Shown: positions 27,258-40,093 of the stretch, piece after piece
Numbering within the stretch: position 1 is the stretch's first letter
Layout: each line of letters opens with the position of its first letter
Origin: Octopus sinensis
Lineage: Eukaryota
DNA length: 64,000 nucleotides
Direction of reading: 5' to 3'
Assembly: GCF_006345805.1 (NCBI RefSeq)
Contig: NC_043014.1
Location: forward strand, 34,596,001-34,660,000
The notes under the pieces: model-generated
Databases searched by the model: none
Told to the model about the DNA's origin: nothing
The model's input: only the letters and a program-made list of their open reading frames with translations
Position numbers and translations under genes: made by a program

Positions 27258-28114
27258 ATCTAGTACATAAAGCAACAGAAAAACTGACAATCTTTTCTTG
27301 TTTATATGTTGTTGTTTATGGATTAATTCAATTTTACTATGCTATTGGCAGCAGACAAGTTCTCTGTGACTTGGTTAGAGAACTTTTTCCACCTTATTTG
27401 GGGTTACTTGCCTTCTTGTTGGGCAGCCCTTGATAAGGCTTATGCAGTTTATGTCTAATTCCTGATTTTATATATTTTGTTTTTGGCATGGTTTCTATGA
27501 CTGAAAACCATTACTATTCTACCATTTTATGGTGTGTACCACATACATTTTATCATGTTGCTGACATAAGAGTAGTTCATCATGGCAGGACTCAAGAATC
27601 TTGTCTATACTGTATCAATTTTTATTCAGAGGTACTACCCTCCTAGAAAAACAATCTTCAATGCAGCTTTTGGAGTCCGTATCCTATTCATATGTTTCAT
27701 TTTAGATATGGTTTCTGCAGCTGGATGGTTAACGCCCTCCCTATCACCACCAACCACTTTACAGTGGGCACAAATGCATGTTATATTACTTGAGAGGTTG
27801 TTGGTAAAAAAGACTAAAGCATCATATATGACAGGAAGGGCATTTTGGCAATAGGAAGGACATCTGGTCGTAGAAAATCTGCCTCAACAAATTATGTCCA
27901 AGCTATGCAAGTATGGAAAACTGGACATTAAAATGATGTTCGTGATGATATATATGATGATGATCATCATCATCATTCTTTAATGTCTGTTTTCCATGCT
28001 GACATGGGTTGGATGGTTTGAACAGAGCAGGCAACCTGGGAAGCTGCACCAGGTTCCAGTCTGATTTGGCTTGGCTTCTATGCCTGGATGTCCTTCCTAA
28101 TGCTAACCACTATA

Positions 28115-28154
<40 letters not shown>

Positions 28155-28158
<4 letters not shown>

Positions 28159-29347
28159 GTTGGCAACTAAGTTCCTGCTGTTTTCCTAAATTTTGGAATT
28201 TATTGCGTTTTTAAATTTTGGAATCTATTTTGGTCTTTTTTCTAGTTAATTTTAGTCAAATTTTGTTATGTCAAGTTAAGAAAAATTTGCATTTTCGACA
28301 CCGCCTTCTTTTTGCTTTTAATCAAGGTTCTAAGGTCACAAAAGCTGCTCGGGACATTTTTGCTGTGTATGGAGAGGGTGCCATAGCTGAAAGACCTGCT
28401 CATGCTTGGTATGCCAAGTTCAAAAATGAAAATTTTGACCTCAAAGACGCACCTCATTCTGGACATCCAGTTGTGTTTGATGAAGAGCAATTAAACCAAG
28501 TTTTGTATGAAAATTCTCGTCAAATGACAAGGGAACTGGCAGAGAAAATGGAATGCTCCCACACTGCTATAGAGAAGCATCTTCACTCGATGGGAAAGGT
28601 TCAGAAGTATGGAGCATGAGTTCTGCATGCTTTAAATGACAACAACAAAAATCAATGAGCTACAATCTCCGCTTGTTTGCTTGCTCGTCACTGCTCAACT
28701 CATGGACACAAGCAATTATTTCTTTACTGGTGACGAAAAGTGGTGCCTGTACATTAATATGAAGCAGCGTAAGGAATGGCTTAGCCTGGTAAACAAGCTC
28801 TTCATCTGTGTAAAACGATGTGCATATGGTGGGACTGGGAAGGGATTATCCATTACAAATTGCTTGAATGGAACCAAATGGTCAACACGGAACTCTATGT
28901 TCAACAGATGGAACAACTCAACACAGCTGTTCAAGAGAAAAGATCTAATCAGCAGCATGGAGTTATTCTGCTGCATGACAATGCCCATCCTCATATCACC
29001 AATATGACCAAGGAAGCCATTTAAATGCATGGCTGGGACGTGCTGCCACACCTGCCGTACTCTCCTGATTTGGCACCAACTGATTTCCACCTCTTTCGAT
29101 TTCTTTCAATTGCTCTGCGCGGAGTTTTGTTCAATACTGATGCAGAATTGAGAGCTTGGTTAGATCAATTCTTTGAGTCGAAATCGGGTGATTTCTACCA
29201 ACGAGGTATTGAAAATCTAGTTGAACATTGGCAAGAAGTTGTAAACAACAAGGGTGAATACATTATTGATTAATTAGTTGTTATTTTTATTAAACCTTTT
29301 AAAAATTTAAATTTTAAAAAATGGCGAGAACTTAGTTGCCAACCCAA
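28155..29347 (+). mobile_element. Mariner (Tc1/mariner) element with disrupted transposase, inserted in (TA)n
   Basis: TIRs TTGGGTTGGCAACTAAGTTC / GAACTTAGTTGCCAACCCAA; TA TSD; motifs TGDEKW, LHDNAHPH and YSPDLAPTDFHLF split across frames. Confidence 0.92.
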
Positions 29348-29357
29348 TATATATATA

Positions 29358-29400
<43 letters not shown>

Positions 29401-29937
29401 AGTATATATATATATATACATATATTTATATGCAAATTAAAATCCAGAAAATGGAGAAGTAGCATTAATATAATTTATTAACTGCAAAAATTCAACATGT
29501 TCCTTTATAACTGTTTTGATATTGCCCAAATGAATTAAATTCCAGTAATTAAAACATTTCTGGGGGCAAAATCTCGTCAGAGGAGTGAAAAAAAAAAAAG
29601 ACATATTGTTAGGTTATTAACATGTTACTCTTCCAAAACATCTCAACAGGCTGAATCTCATTTAATTACTAATATTGGTGTACACCTTGGCTAAGGGATA
29701 ATAGGTTGTATAATGATAATAATTGGTTATACATATGTAGAATCTTGCAAGCATGAAGTGGATTTGATCCACTACAGCCAAATTTAAATTAACAGTTCAA
29801 CAAAACTTTTCTCATGGTGGAACAATGGTTTTTCTCTGACAGCAGTTTTACATTTGCCAGATTGACTTTAGCTAAGCCAAAAATAATGTCTTCACCACTT
29901 GACCCTTATAATCTCTTCTACTTCACCAAAAGCTAGA

Positions 29938-30360
29938 ATAGTGATATCACTACCGCCAACGAAGTTCATTGTTCTCAACAATATGTCTATCCTTGTGGAT
30001 AGTTATAAAAACAAGAACCCGCAAGCAAAAGACAGTCATTTTGGTGACAGCTCGCGAGTTGAGAGAGAGGTGACATCAGTTAGTGAACCGACCACTAGAA
30101 TCATGGAAGCAGGCAGACAAAACGGCCAGAGGGAAAAAGAAAGACAACGTCCCACACTCCCTCACTCTCACTAGCTCTAATTCTGTTCGACATTTCATAT
30201 TATTGTGTACCTAATCAATGTTACTCGTTACAATTGGTAACTACACTAATTAAAACCTAATCGTTACAATTGGTGACCCCAAACAAGAGAATTGGTCTTC
30301 TCAAGAACCAACTGTTACAACTGGTGACCCTCGACTTTAACTAGAAACTCAACTGTTACA
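29938..30360 (+). mobile_element. LTR remnant followed by three LTR-end/PBS-like junctions
   Basis: GTTACA followed by AYTGGT(G/A)AC at 30226, 30262 and 30313, with a final TGTTACA at 30354-30360; TGGTGACCC resembles a tRNA-Trp primer-binding site. Confidence 0.55.
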
Positions 30361-30504
30361 CATATATATATACATGCATACACTCATACTCAATCATGTA
30401 TCAATGCTTATACTTGTGTATTAATACATAATTTAAAAAAAAAACAAATTTATTTAACACATAGTTTTCATAAACTTGTATCCGTAAATGGCATGTGCAT
30501 ATAT

Positions 30505-30913
30505 AGGCGTAGGAGTGGATGTGTGATAAGTAGCTTGCTCACCAACCACATGGTTCCAGGTTCAGTCCCACTGCGTGGCACCTTGGGCAAGTGTCTTCTA
30601 CTATAGCTTCGGGCCGACCAAAGCCTTGTGAGTGGATTTGGTAGATGGAAACTGAAAGAAGCCCGTCGTATATATGTATATATATATATATATGTATGTG
30701 TGTGTATATGTTTGTGTGTCTGTGTTTGTCCCCCCAACATCACTTGACAACTGATGTTGGTGTGTTTAGGTCCCTGTAACTTAGTGGTTCGGCAAAAGAG
30801 ACCGATAGAATAAGTACTGGGCTTACAAAGAATAAGTCCTGGGGTCGAGTTGCTCGACTAAAAGGCGGTGCTCCAGCATGGCCACAGTCAAATGACTGAA
30901 ACAAATAAAAGAG
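30505..30913 (+). mobile_element. Full-length tRNA-derived SINE (AGGCGCAGGAGTGG family)
   Basis: Near-identical copies at 32198-32570, 35241-35620, 62857-63295, 63721-63900, 63908-64000 and partial copies on both strands; central CCTTGGGCAAGTGTC motif. Confidence 0.85.
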
Positions 30914-31561
30914 TATACTTATTCATACAAATATAATTGAGAGTTTCATTTACTAAAACGAAAAACAAAAAGTATGCACGTACCTCTCTCTATATATATT
31001 AATTATTCTTTAAGAAGAATAGTGTTGAAGTTTCAGCCAGCCAAGCCATCAATGGTCTATGATACATTTGAGTTCATCTTAGCCTTATATAGTAATTTTT
31101 TAGTTAAAATTTTCTAGAGTAAGCGGAGTTCTGTTGAATGATAATTAGGTTGTAATGGTGAGGCGCCAATATACTTAAATACTCACACTTGAAATTAAAT
31201 AGAAGTAATAGTTATCAAAACAGCTGACAAGCTTCACCTACCAAACACAAAATAGTAACCAAGTAATCTCCAGAACAATGATCTCCAAGAAACAAATATG
31301 CTAACCGACTACATTCAAACTTACTTATGTCCTCTTGTGAATATTACGGCATTAGATTAACAAATTTTTCATAGTAATAACTCAATTACATGCTTAAGTG
31401 ATAAGCAATACCCTTCCACTACAAACAGGTAAAAATCTCTAAACAATACCAGTCTGCCAACAAACTAAAACTTACCACCTACTTACATTCTTTTGTGAAC
31501 ACTTAAAATCCCCATTACCTAAAAGCTGATGTGCCTAATAAATGCACCTTATTACAAAGGT

Positions 31562-31788
31562 TTAACCCTTTAGTATTTAAACTGGCCTTATCCGGCCAAA
31601 ATATTTAATCTGTTTTATGTTCAAACTGACCAGATCCAGGCTCTCATGCCTACCCTACAATGTTATTCTACATTAGGTAATTACACCATCAAGATCTTGA
31701 AGCTATGAGATAATGCATGATTAATTCAAATCAATGTGAATCAATTAGCATTATGTTTGATAGAATAATCAGAACACTAAAGGGTTAA
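31562..31788. mobile_element. TTAA-flanked MITE (piggyBac-like ends)
   Basis: TTAA|CCCTTTAGT...ACTAAAGGG|TTAA; relatives at ~4080-4280, 33367-33934 and ~49064-49283. Confidence 0.75.
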
Positions 31789-33509
31789 ATACTGGACTGA
31801 ACTCTGAGATTTAACCTTCACATTCTCAAAATGAAAGGTTAAATATCTTATTAATATCCAATTGAAACCAACAACTAAACTGAGTGACATATCAGCTGAC
31901 CCCAAATTTACAGCCCCAAATTTAATCAGTTAAAATTTCCCATAACACCATGCTATCACACCCTACCACACAACCTAATTATCACTTAAAAGAACTCAGA
32001 CCACCTGAGAAAATTTTAACTTAACGGAATCTATATAAAGCCAAGATGAACTCAAAAGTACCTCGGTCTGATGCTAGCTTAGCTGGCTGATACTTCGAAG
32101 TCACTGTCAATGCTATTCTTGTTAAAGAATAATAAATTTGTACTTAACCAAATGTATTGAGTAATCCTTCAATTTAATGTAAAATTGTTTATAACATAGG
32201 CGCAGGAGTGGCTGTGTGGTAAGTAGCTTGCTAACCAACCTCATGGTTCCGGGTTCAGTCCCACTGCGTGGCATCTTGGGCAAGTGTCTTCTGCTATAGC
32301 CTCGGCCCGACCAATGCCTTGTGAGTGGATTTGGTAGACGGAAACTGAAAGAAGCCTGTCGTATATATGTATATATATATGCATTTGTGTTTGTGTTTCT
32401 CCCCCTAGCATTGCTTGACAACCGATGCTGGTGTGTTTACGTCCCCATTACTTAGCGGTTCGGCAAAAGAGACCGATAGAATAAGTACTGGGCTTACAAA
32501 GAATAAGTCTCGGGGTCAATTTGCTCGACTAAAGGCAGTGCTCCAGCATGGCCGCAGTCAAATGACTAACCCTAACAAATCACTGACTGATAATATAGAG
32601 AACTAGTATTAGCTGAGATTAAGGCTCTTTGATATTACTGATTATCAGTTTACAAGGTCTTGTTGAATAATTTATCTTGCCTTGGCCTATAATCTCTGAC
32701 CTCCCTCTTACTGATTAGTCAAACAACATCCCATGCTGTTGATATTTGATGACACTAATGTAAAAGGAACAATGTAAGAAAAAGATAAGGAAAGAAAGAG
32801 AGGGTGGGGAGATACTAAGTTACTGCAAGGTTAGGATGTTGCACTGGACTACTGACAACATGGATCAGGATTTTAAACTTTACCTTCTGCAGCCAGTATG
32901 TTGTAATTAGTGTATTAGTCAATCTGGCTAATAATAGATTCCACTTACCCTCTGATGACTAGGTGTGGGAGAGCAGAGGTCGGGGGTGAGAGACATTAGG
33001 TTGACACGGGTGGGAAAGGTTAAGGGTGGGAAAAGTTAAGGCTGGAAATGTTAAGAGTGATTAGGTTTAGAAGGGAGGAAGGCTAATAGGTGAGAAGAGT
33101 TAAGGAGAGGGAAAGTTAATGATGGGAAAGGTTAGAAATGGGAAGGTTAAGCGTTGGAAAAATTAAGGGTGAGAAAAATTAACCCTTTGTTTCTCTTCGG
33201 TCCATGCATCAAATATAACACATATTCCCAATTTTTTTCAACACCAGAATAATTTGGAGCTTATGAAAGAAAATGAGACTGTATGAAATAACGGCTAACT
33301 GAAAGTTTGAAAACAATTATAGCTGTTTAGGACAAACTTATGAGAATGCTTTGGACAGGCAAAGGGTTAACCTTTAGTATTCAGATTATTTTGTCATATG
33401 TAATGATTATTTATTCACGTTGTTTTGAATTAATCATGCATTATCTTGTAGCTTTGAGAGTTCAATGACATTTCAATGAAATTGTAGAGTAGGCCAGATC
33501 AGGCCAGTT

Positions 33510-33858
33510 TGTGGGAGACCAGATCTAACATTGTGGGAGGCCATACCTGACATTGTGGGAGGCCAGATCTGACACTGTGGGAGGCCAGATCTGACACTGT
33601 GGGAGGCCAGATCTGACATTGTGGGAGGCCAGATCTGACACTGTGGGAGGCCAGATCTGACACTGTGGGAGGCCAGATCTGACACTGTGGGAGGCCAGAT
33701 CTGACACTGTGGGAGGCCAGATCTGACATTGTGGGAGGCCAGATCTGACATTGTGGGAGGCCAGATCTGACATTGTGGGAGGCCAGATCTGACATTGTGG
33801 GAGGCCAGATCTGACACTGTGGGAGGCCAGATCTGACATTATGGGAGGCCAGGTCTGG
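33510..33858. repeat. 22-bp minisatellite (TGTGGGAGGCCAGATCTGACAY), ~16 copies, inside a TTAA MITE (33367-33934)
   Basis: Directly visible tandem; flanks match the MITE family at 31562 in reverse orientation. Confidence 0.95.
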
Positions 33859-35147
33859 CCAGTTTCAACATAAAACAGGTTAAATATTTTGGCCTGATAT
33901 GGCCAGTTTGAATACTAGGGGTTTAAAAGGTTAATGAAGGGAAATGCTAATGTAGGGAGGTCTAGTTGAAGAAAAGGTACAGTAAAGAAGGTATGCTAAA
34001 GTGAGCATGTTGGGTTGTAAACAGTGTGATATGGTAGTGTAGTTGAGGTGTAGCAGTGTAGTGATGTGTAGTAGAGCAGTTGTGCAGTGTTGTAGTGACA
34101 TTGTGGTGTAATAGTAGTGCACTATAGTGTGAAGGCATGTGGCTGAGTGGTGTGATGTTGCACTCACAGTAATGAGATCATGGTTTTGATTCCCAGACCA
34201 TGTAGTGTATCATATTCTTGAGTGAAAGGATTTCCTCTCACATTGCTCTGCAATCACTTTGACATCTAACATGTGGCATACCATGCAGCTGTTCACATAA
34301 TGTCAATTGAATGGAGGGGCATAGTGTATCATCATCATCATCATCATCGTTTAACGTCCGTTTTCCATGCTAGCATGGGTTGGACGGTTCAACTGGGGTC
34401 TGGGAAGCCAGAAGGCTGCGCCAGGCCCAGTCTGATCTGGCAGTGTTTCTACGGCTGGATGCCCTTCCTAACGCCAACCACTCCGTGAGTGTAGTGGGTG
34501 CTTTTTACGTGCCACCTGCACAGGTGCCAGACGAGGCTGGCAAACAGCCACGATCGGATGGTGCCTTTTATGTGCCACCGTTATGGGGGCCAGACGAGGC
34601 TGGCAACAGCCACAATTGGATGGTGCATTTTACTTGTCACTGGCACGGAGGCTAGTCAGGGTGGCGCTGGCAATGGCCACGTTCGGATGGTTCTCTTACG
34701 TGCTATCGGCACTGGTATCACAGCTACAATTTCCATTGATGTTGATCGATTTTGATTTCGATTTTCATTTTCACTTGCCTCAACAGGTCTTTACAAGTAG
34801 GGTTTGTGTCACAAGAAGGAAAGGTATGCATAAGTGGGCTGGCTACGTCCCAGGTAGAGGCCATAGAGTTGGCACTCTCAACGTTGGTACACTAGTGTAT
34901 GTAGTAGTAATATACAAGTGAAGTGATGCAGTGACAGTATGTTGCACAAGTGCGGAAACAAAATTTCCTAAAGGTTTGCGAGCATAGGTACAAATTTTTT
35001 ACAAACAAGGTCAATTTTTTCAATCTTCATATCAAAACAAACACAGATATAATAATGATAATTATTATATTTGTACATTAATCAAATCAGATAAATCCAA
35101 TAATGGAAAAGTAATGTTTTAAATCAGTCCAAAAATATTTCTTATAT

Positions 35148-35177
35148 CTTTCTGTGGCGCAATCGGTTAGTGCGTTT

Positions 35178-35214
<37 letters not shown>

Positions 35215-35221
35215 ATGGACG
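35148..35221 (+). tRNA. trnN-GTT: tRNA-Asn(GTT), probably a pseudogene
   Basis: Matches metazoan tRNA-Asn (TGGCGCAATCGGTTAG...CTGTTAACCGAAAGGTTGGTGGTTC..GCCCACCC); D, anticodon and T arms pair, but the acceptor stem has two mismatches. Confidence 0.8.
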
Positions 35222-36129
35222 ATGAGTGATATTATTTTATAGGCGTGGGAGTGGCTGTGTGATAAGTAGCTTGCTTACCAACCACATGGTTCCAGGTTCA
35301 GTCCCACTGCGTGGCACCTTGGGCAAGTGTCTTCTACTATAGCCTCGGGCCGACCAATGCCTTGTGAGTGGATTTGGTAGACGGAAGCTGAAAGAAGCCT
35401 GTCATATATATGTATGTGTGTGTGTCTGTGTTTGTCCCCCCAACATCACTTGACAACCGATTCTGGTGTGTTTACGTCCCTGTAACTTAGCAGTTTGGCA
35501 AAAGAGACCGATAGAATAAGTACTAGGCTTATAAAGAATAAGTCCTGGGGTCGATTTGCTTGACTAAAGGCAGTGCTCCAGCATGGCCACAGTCAAATGA
35601 CTAAAACAAGTAAAAGAGTAACTAACCTGAATGCTTAGCAGTATATTATAACACTGGTACTGCATGTGGTGTCTATGTTCATATTCAAGGTACTTGACTC
35701 CCAATGGTTGAGTCTACCATCAAGTCCTGAGTTATGTAGTACAGCAGAAGGTATATAACTTTCTGCACTAGTTAGTGGCAACACTGTAGAATTGAGGAGT
35801 GAGTGTTTTGTGGGCCACACTATCAAATTCATATCTTCCCAAAAGAAAAGCTACCAGCAATAGATCAGAAAAACGACTGTACTCTAAAAGCCACAGACTA
35901 GGTAATTTATTAAATATTCAAAGTGACCTGCAAAGCCACCTGTCCAGTTGGAGATTTGTATTGCATCCCTTTAATGCTATAAATGCTGGAAGTGAAGCTT
36001 TGGTCATATTTCTCCTTATGATTCAGAAAAATGACAACTTACGATGTAAGCCACAGGCTGGTTAATCTATTAGATATTTGATTCATGAATGTCTAATAAG
36101 TTTATAGTTTGTGTAGTAAGCTATGAAAT

Positions 36130-36415
36130 TCTTACATTCCCTTGATTTCCTGTAATTCAGACTGCCTTGTGGTACTAGCAGACAAATTAGAAAAGATACT
36201 GCTCAGGAGGATGGCAAGGGAAATGTACTGGAACAGCCACTCTGACAAGGCTCGCACCTGTGGATAGCCATCTCTGCCCTGATAGTGGGGAGCAGGGATA
36301 TGGTCTGAGAGCCAAGAATGCCAGAGGTCTCCACTGCCACAGGATTGATCATAAACCTGTCTGAGAGTAACTGATACTTTGACAACCTGTGCTGGATCAG
36401 TTGGGTAAAGGTATA
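36130..36415 (-). pseudogene. 3' fragment of a CRE/R2-type non-LTR retrotransposon (restriction-like endonuclease end)
   Basis: KYQLLSDRFMINPVAVETSGILGSQTISLL and, in a shifted frame, LFQYISLAIL, resembling the K-Y...P-AVET-G-G...QR-SLAI-RGN pattern. Confidence 0.65.
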
Positions 36416-38038
36416 TCATTCTTTTTCTTCTTTCACCCTTTTCAAGCCTAGCTAGGCTCATGGGCTCGGTTTCCCGGTTTCTATGGCGTATGTGCTTCCC
36501 CCAGCTGGACGGGACACCAGTCCATCACAGCGTTACTCAAGAAAAAGGAAGAAAGAGTGAGAGAAAGTTGAGGTGAAAGAGAACAACAGGGGTCGCGACC
36601 ACCCCCTGGCAGAGCCTTGTGGAGCTTTAGGTGTTTTCGCTCAATAAACACACACAACGCCTGGTCTGGTAATTGAAACCGTGATCCTCCAACTGCAAGT
36701 CCGCTGCCCTAGCCACTGGGCCATTGCACCTCCAAGGGTATATCACTGTTGACCAATATTGTCATTAGTAACAAGTTTCAAAACCATGTTCCCTTGATGG
36801 TGAGAGTAACAAGGCAGTGCCTGTATTTTGAATGCTCTTAGAAGAGTTCATTTTTTTTACTAGCATTTCAGGTCAGATCTCTAGTTTGAGGATAACTTCT
36901 TCCTTTCATATCAGCTGTTTTGGGGGCCCTGAATAATGCCCTTTTCTTTCCGAATAAGCAATAAAAAAAAATCTGAAAATAAAGAAAAGTTAGGATGATC
37001 ACAGCCTGTCTTTGATTGCAGGTCAGCTGGCTTAGGACAAACTTGGAACTAAACAACAACAACAACAACCTAATTTACTACCAGGTGAATAGAGTCAGTG
37101 AGAACAATTCCTAAATTCTCATAAATTGAGTAGAAAAAGTAAACTGTTAAAACCACATTTCATTTTGCCTGGCCTTACACATGACATTTCCAGTCACTGT
37201 TAACTTCCTGACTGTGTTCCTGTTGGCAAATTCTCAACATGGAATTATGTCACACAGCCTTCTCTTTTCTCATACCTCCATTACATCGACAAACTGAAGG
37301 TCAATTATGTTTTTTCCACAGACAGACATTTGCTGTAAACTTTATCTTTCTAACGTTTTTCTAACTTTAGTTTTGATGTTTGTTGATTTTTTTTTTTTCA
37401 CATTTTATTTTTGTTTTCGATATTTTATTTAATTTTATTTTAAATTTCATCCTAACCTTCATTTTAATTTTATATATTTTTTTCTTTTTCCCAGCCACCA
37501 CATTTCCTTCTTTTCCATCACTATAATTATAATGTTAAAAATCATTATAACAGGTTACAAATAAGTATTTATTATTCATCACCTCCTCATGTAATAAAGA
37601 TATTATTATTATCAATTGCCTTATTTTGTGAGGACAGCTCTGTCAGCCTTGGGTACATGCAATGTTTTGTTGAAATTTTGTCACTTTTGTTGCATTGAGA
37701 ATACTCTAGATAATGTAGTGCAATTTTCTGTATATTCAGCTGAGTGATTCTAATCTTGTGGGCTTGTGGGTGTTGGTACTATGTAAAAAGCAACCATGCT
37801 GGTATCACATAAAAGCACCTGTGCCAGTGTTGCGTAAAAACACCCAGCACACTCTCTAAAGAGGTTGGTCTTAGGAAGAGCATTCAACCACAGAAACCAG
37901 GCCAAAAGAGACATGGAGCCTTGGCAGTTCTTCAGCTGTCTAGCTCCTGTCAAACCATCCAACTCATCCCAGCATGGAAAATGGATGGTAAATGATGATG
38001 ATGATGTGTGTGTATATATATCTATATCTATCTATCTA

Positions 38039-38119
<81 letters not shown>

Positions 38120-38156
38120 CTATGTATGTATGTATATGTATGTATATATATATATG

Positions 38157-38188
<32 letters not shown>

Positions 38189-38315
38189 AGTATATATGTA
38201 TGTATATATGTATATATATTATCTATATATATTTATGTATATATATATTATATATATGTATATCTGTATATATCTGTATATCTATATCTCTCTCTATATA
38301 TGTGTGTGTGCATAT

Positions 38316-38370
<55 letters not shown>

Positions 38371-38473
38371 GTATATATATACATATATGTATATCTATCT
38401 ATCTCTCTATATATATGTGTGTGTGCGTATGTATATATATGTATATATATATATGTATATGTATATATATATG

Positions 38474-38505
<32 letters not shown>

Positions 38506-38510
38506 ATATA

Positions 38511-38541
<31 letters not shown>

Positions 38542-38664
38542 TATGTATATATTGTATATATATATAGTTAATCCAAACAAGAAAGCACCAAAAAACACAA
38601 CAACGCGAGGACGTGGAACAAATATAGTATTATTGGACGCTCAGGAAAGAAAGAAAGAAGGAGG

Positions 38665-38699
38665 GTTTAACGTTTTGAGCGGAGCTCTTCGTCGGAAAC
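38665..38699 (-). ncRNA. Degenerate minimal type I hammerhead-like motif
   Basis: Minus: GTTT-CCGACGA-A-GAGC(tcc)GCTC-AAAA-CG-T-T-AAAC; stems I and II pair, palindromic ACGT stem III, but U4C and G12A changes. Confidence 0.5.
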
Positions 38700-39583
38700 A
38701 TAGGAGAAGGAAAGATCCAGAGAAGGGAAGACAGAGGAAAAAAAATCGCCAACGGTATACACGAAGTCACATATATATATATATATGTATATATATGTAT
38801 ATATATATATATTTATATGTGTATATAAATGTATATATTTATATATATATGTATATATATATATATGTATATATATGTATGTATATATATATATTGTATA
38901 TATATATATGTATATATATGTATGATGTCTGCATGCATGTATGTGCAATCGGTTGGGTTCCTCTGTTTTGCATGTGTATAGTTGCGATACTACCTCTTAT
39001 ATTATTTATTTATTTATTTATGATTTGGTTGTGTATGTGGCTATGTCTGTGTGTGTGTGTGTGTGTATATACATATAACTATGTATGTATGTGCGCACGA
39101 TCTGTGGATGTGCATGCACGTGTGTATGTTTCCTGGCTAGCTAACCGTAAAATTTGCATTGTGATTCAAATTTAAAATTATAAGCCAATCGAATCTATCT
39201 ATGATAATCAATACCATGCGGGCAGAGGAATTCGACTTATTGAGTATATATGTGGATGTCTGCTTGCTTTAGATGGTACAATCATGGTTGTTATTATTAT
39301 TATTATTAATATTAATTTTATTGACCTTTTGTGTGGTTACACATTTTAATAGACTGGACTGTTAAATATATATGCCTGCTTTAAATGTGAGTGTACATGT
39401 ATTTCCTTGATGTTGGTTATAGAACTATGAGTTCAATATGGAACATTATTGTGTTTGATAATGTATATTGATCTATATTGTTTATATTGTATTATTGTGT
39501 ATATATATATGTGTAGAAATATGAGTGTCTATGCACACATATTTATATTTATATGTAAATTTTTTTCATACTTACATTAAATT

Positions 39584-39692
39584 CTCTGAAGAGGCCATGA
39601 GACATTCTTGTTAATGTCTCATTTATACCTGCTTTATATGGCTAATAGGTTAAATGGGACATACCTGTTTTCACGGCCGAAACAGCTGTCAG
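39584..39692 (+). ncRNA. Hammerhead-like motif with extended stem II
   Basis: CTGAAGA-GGCC...GGCC-GAAA-CAGCTG-TC; canonical core and GUC triplet; stem I only 2 bp. Confidence 0.6.
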
Positions 39693-39911
39693 CTACAATG
39701 TAAATGTATTTTCTATTTCTATGTCTTGTTATATTTGTAATATATTATGTATAATATCATTGCTGTTGTGTAATGGTTTAATAAAGTATTGATTGGGTAT
39801 TATCTGATGGTTGATGATTGATTTAGGTATGTTTCTCCATTTTCTCATTTTGTATATATATGTATGTATATATATATATGTATGTGTATATATATACATA
39901 TATATACATAC

Positions 39912-39958
<47 letters not shown>

Positions 39959-40034
39959 ATATTATATATATGTATATATATGTATGTATATATATATATG
40001 TATGTATATATATATATGTATGTTATATATATAT

Positions 40035-40093
<59 letters not shown>

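Noticed and set aside
28218-29273. Host SETMAR-like gene
   Set aside because: No SET domain; TIRs, a TA TSD and multiple frameshifts show it is a plain mariner copy.
33473-33839. Three overlapping repetitive ORFs (MSDLASH...)
   Set aside because: Artefact of a stop-free 22-bp minisatellite; all three frames give the same 22-aa period.
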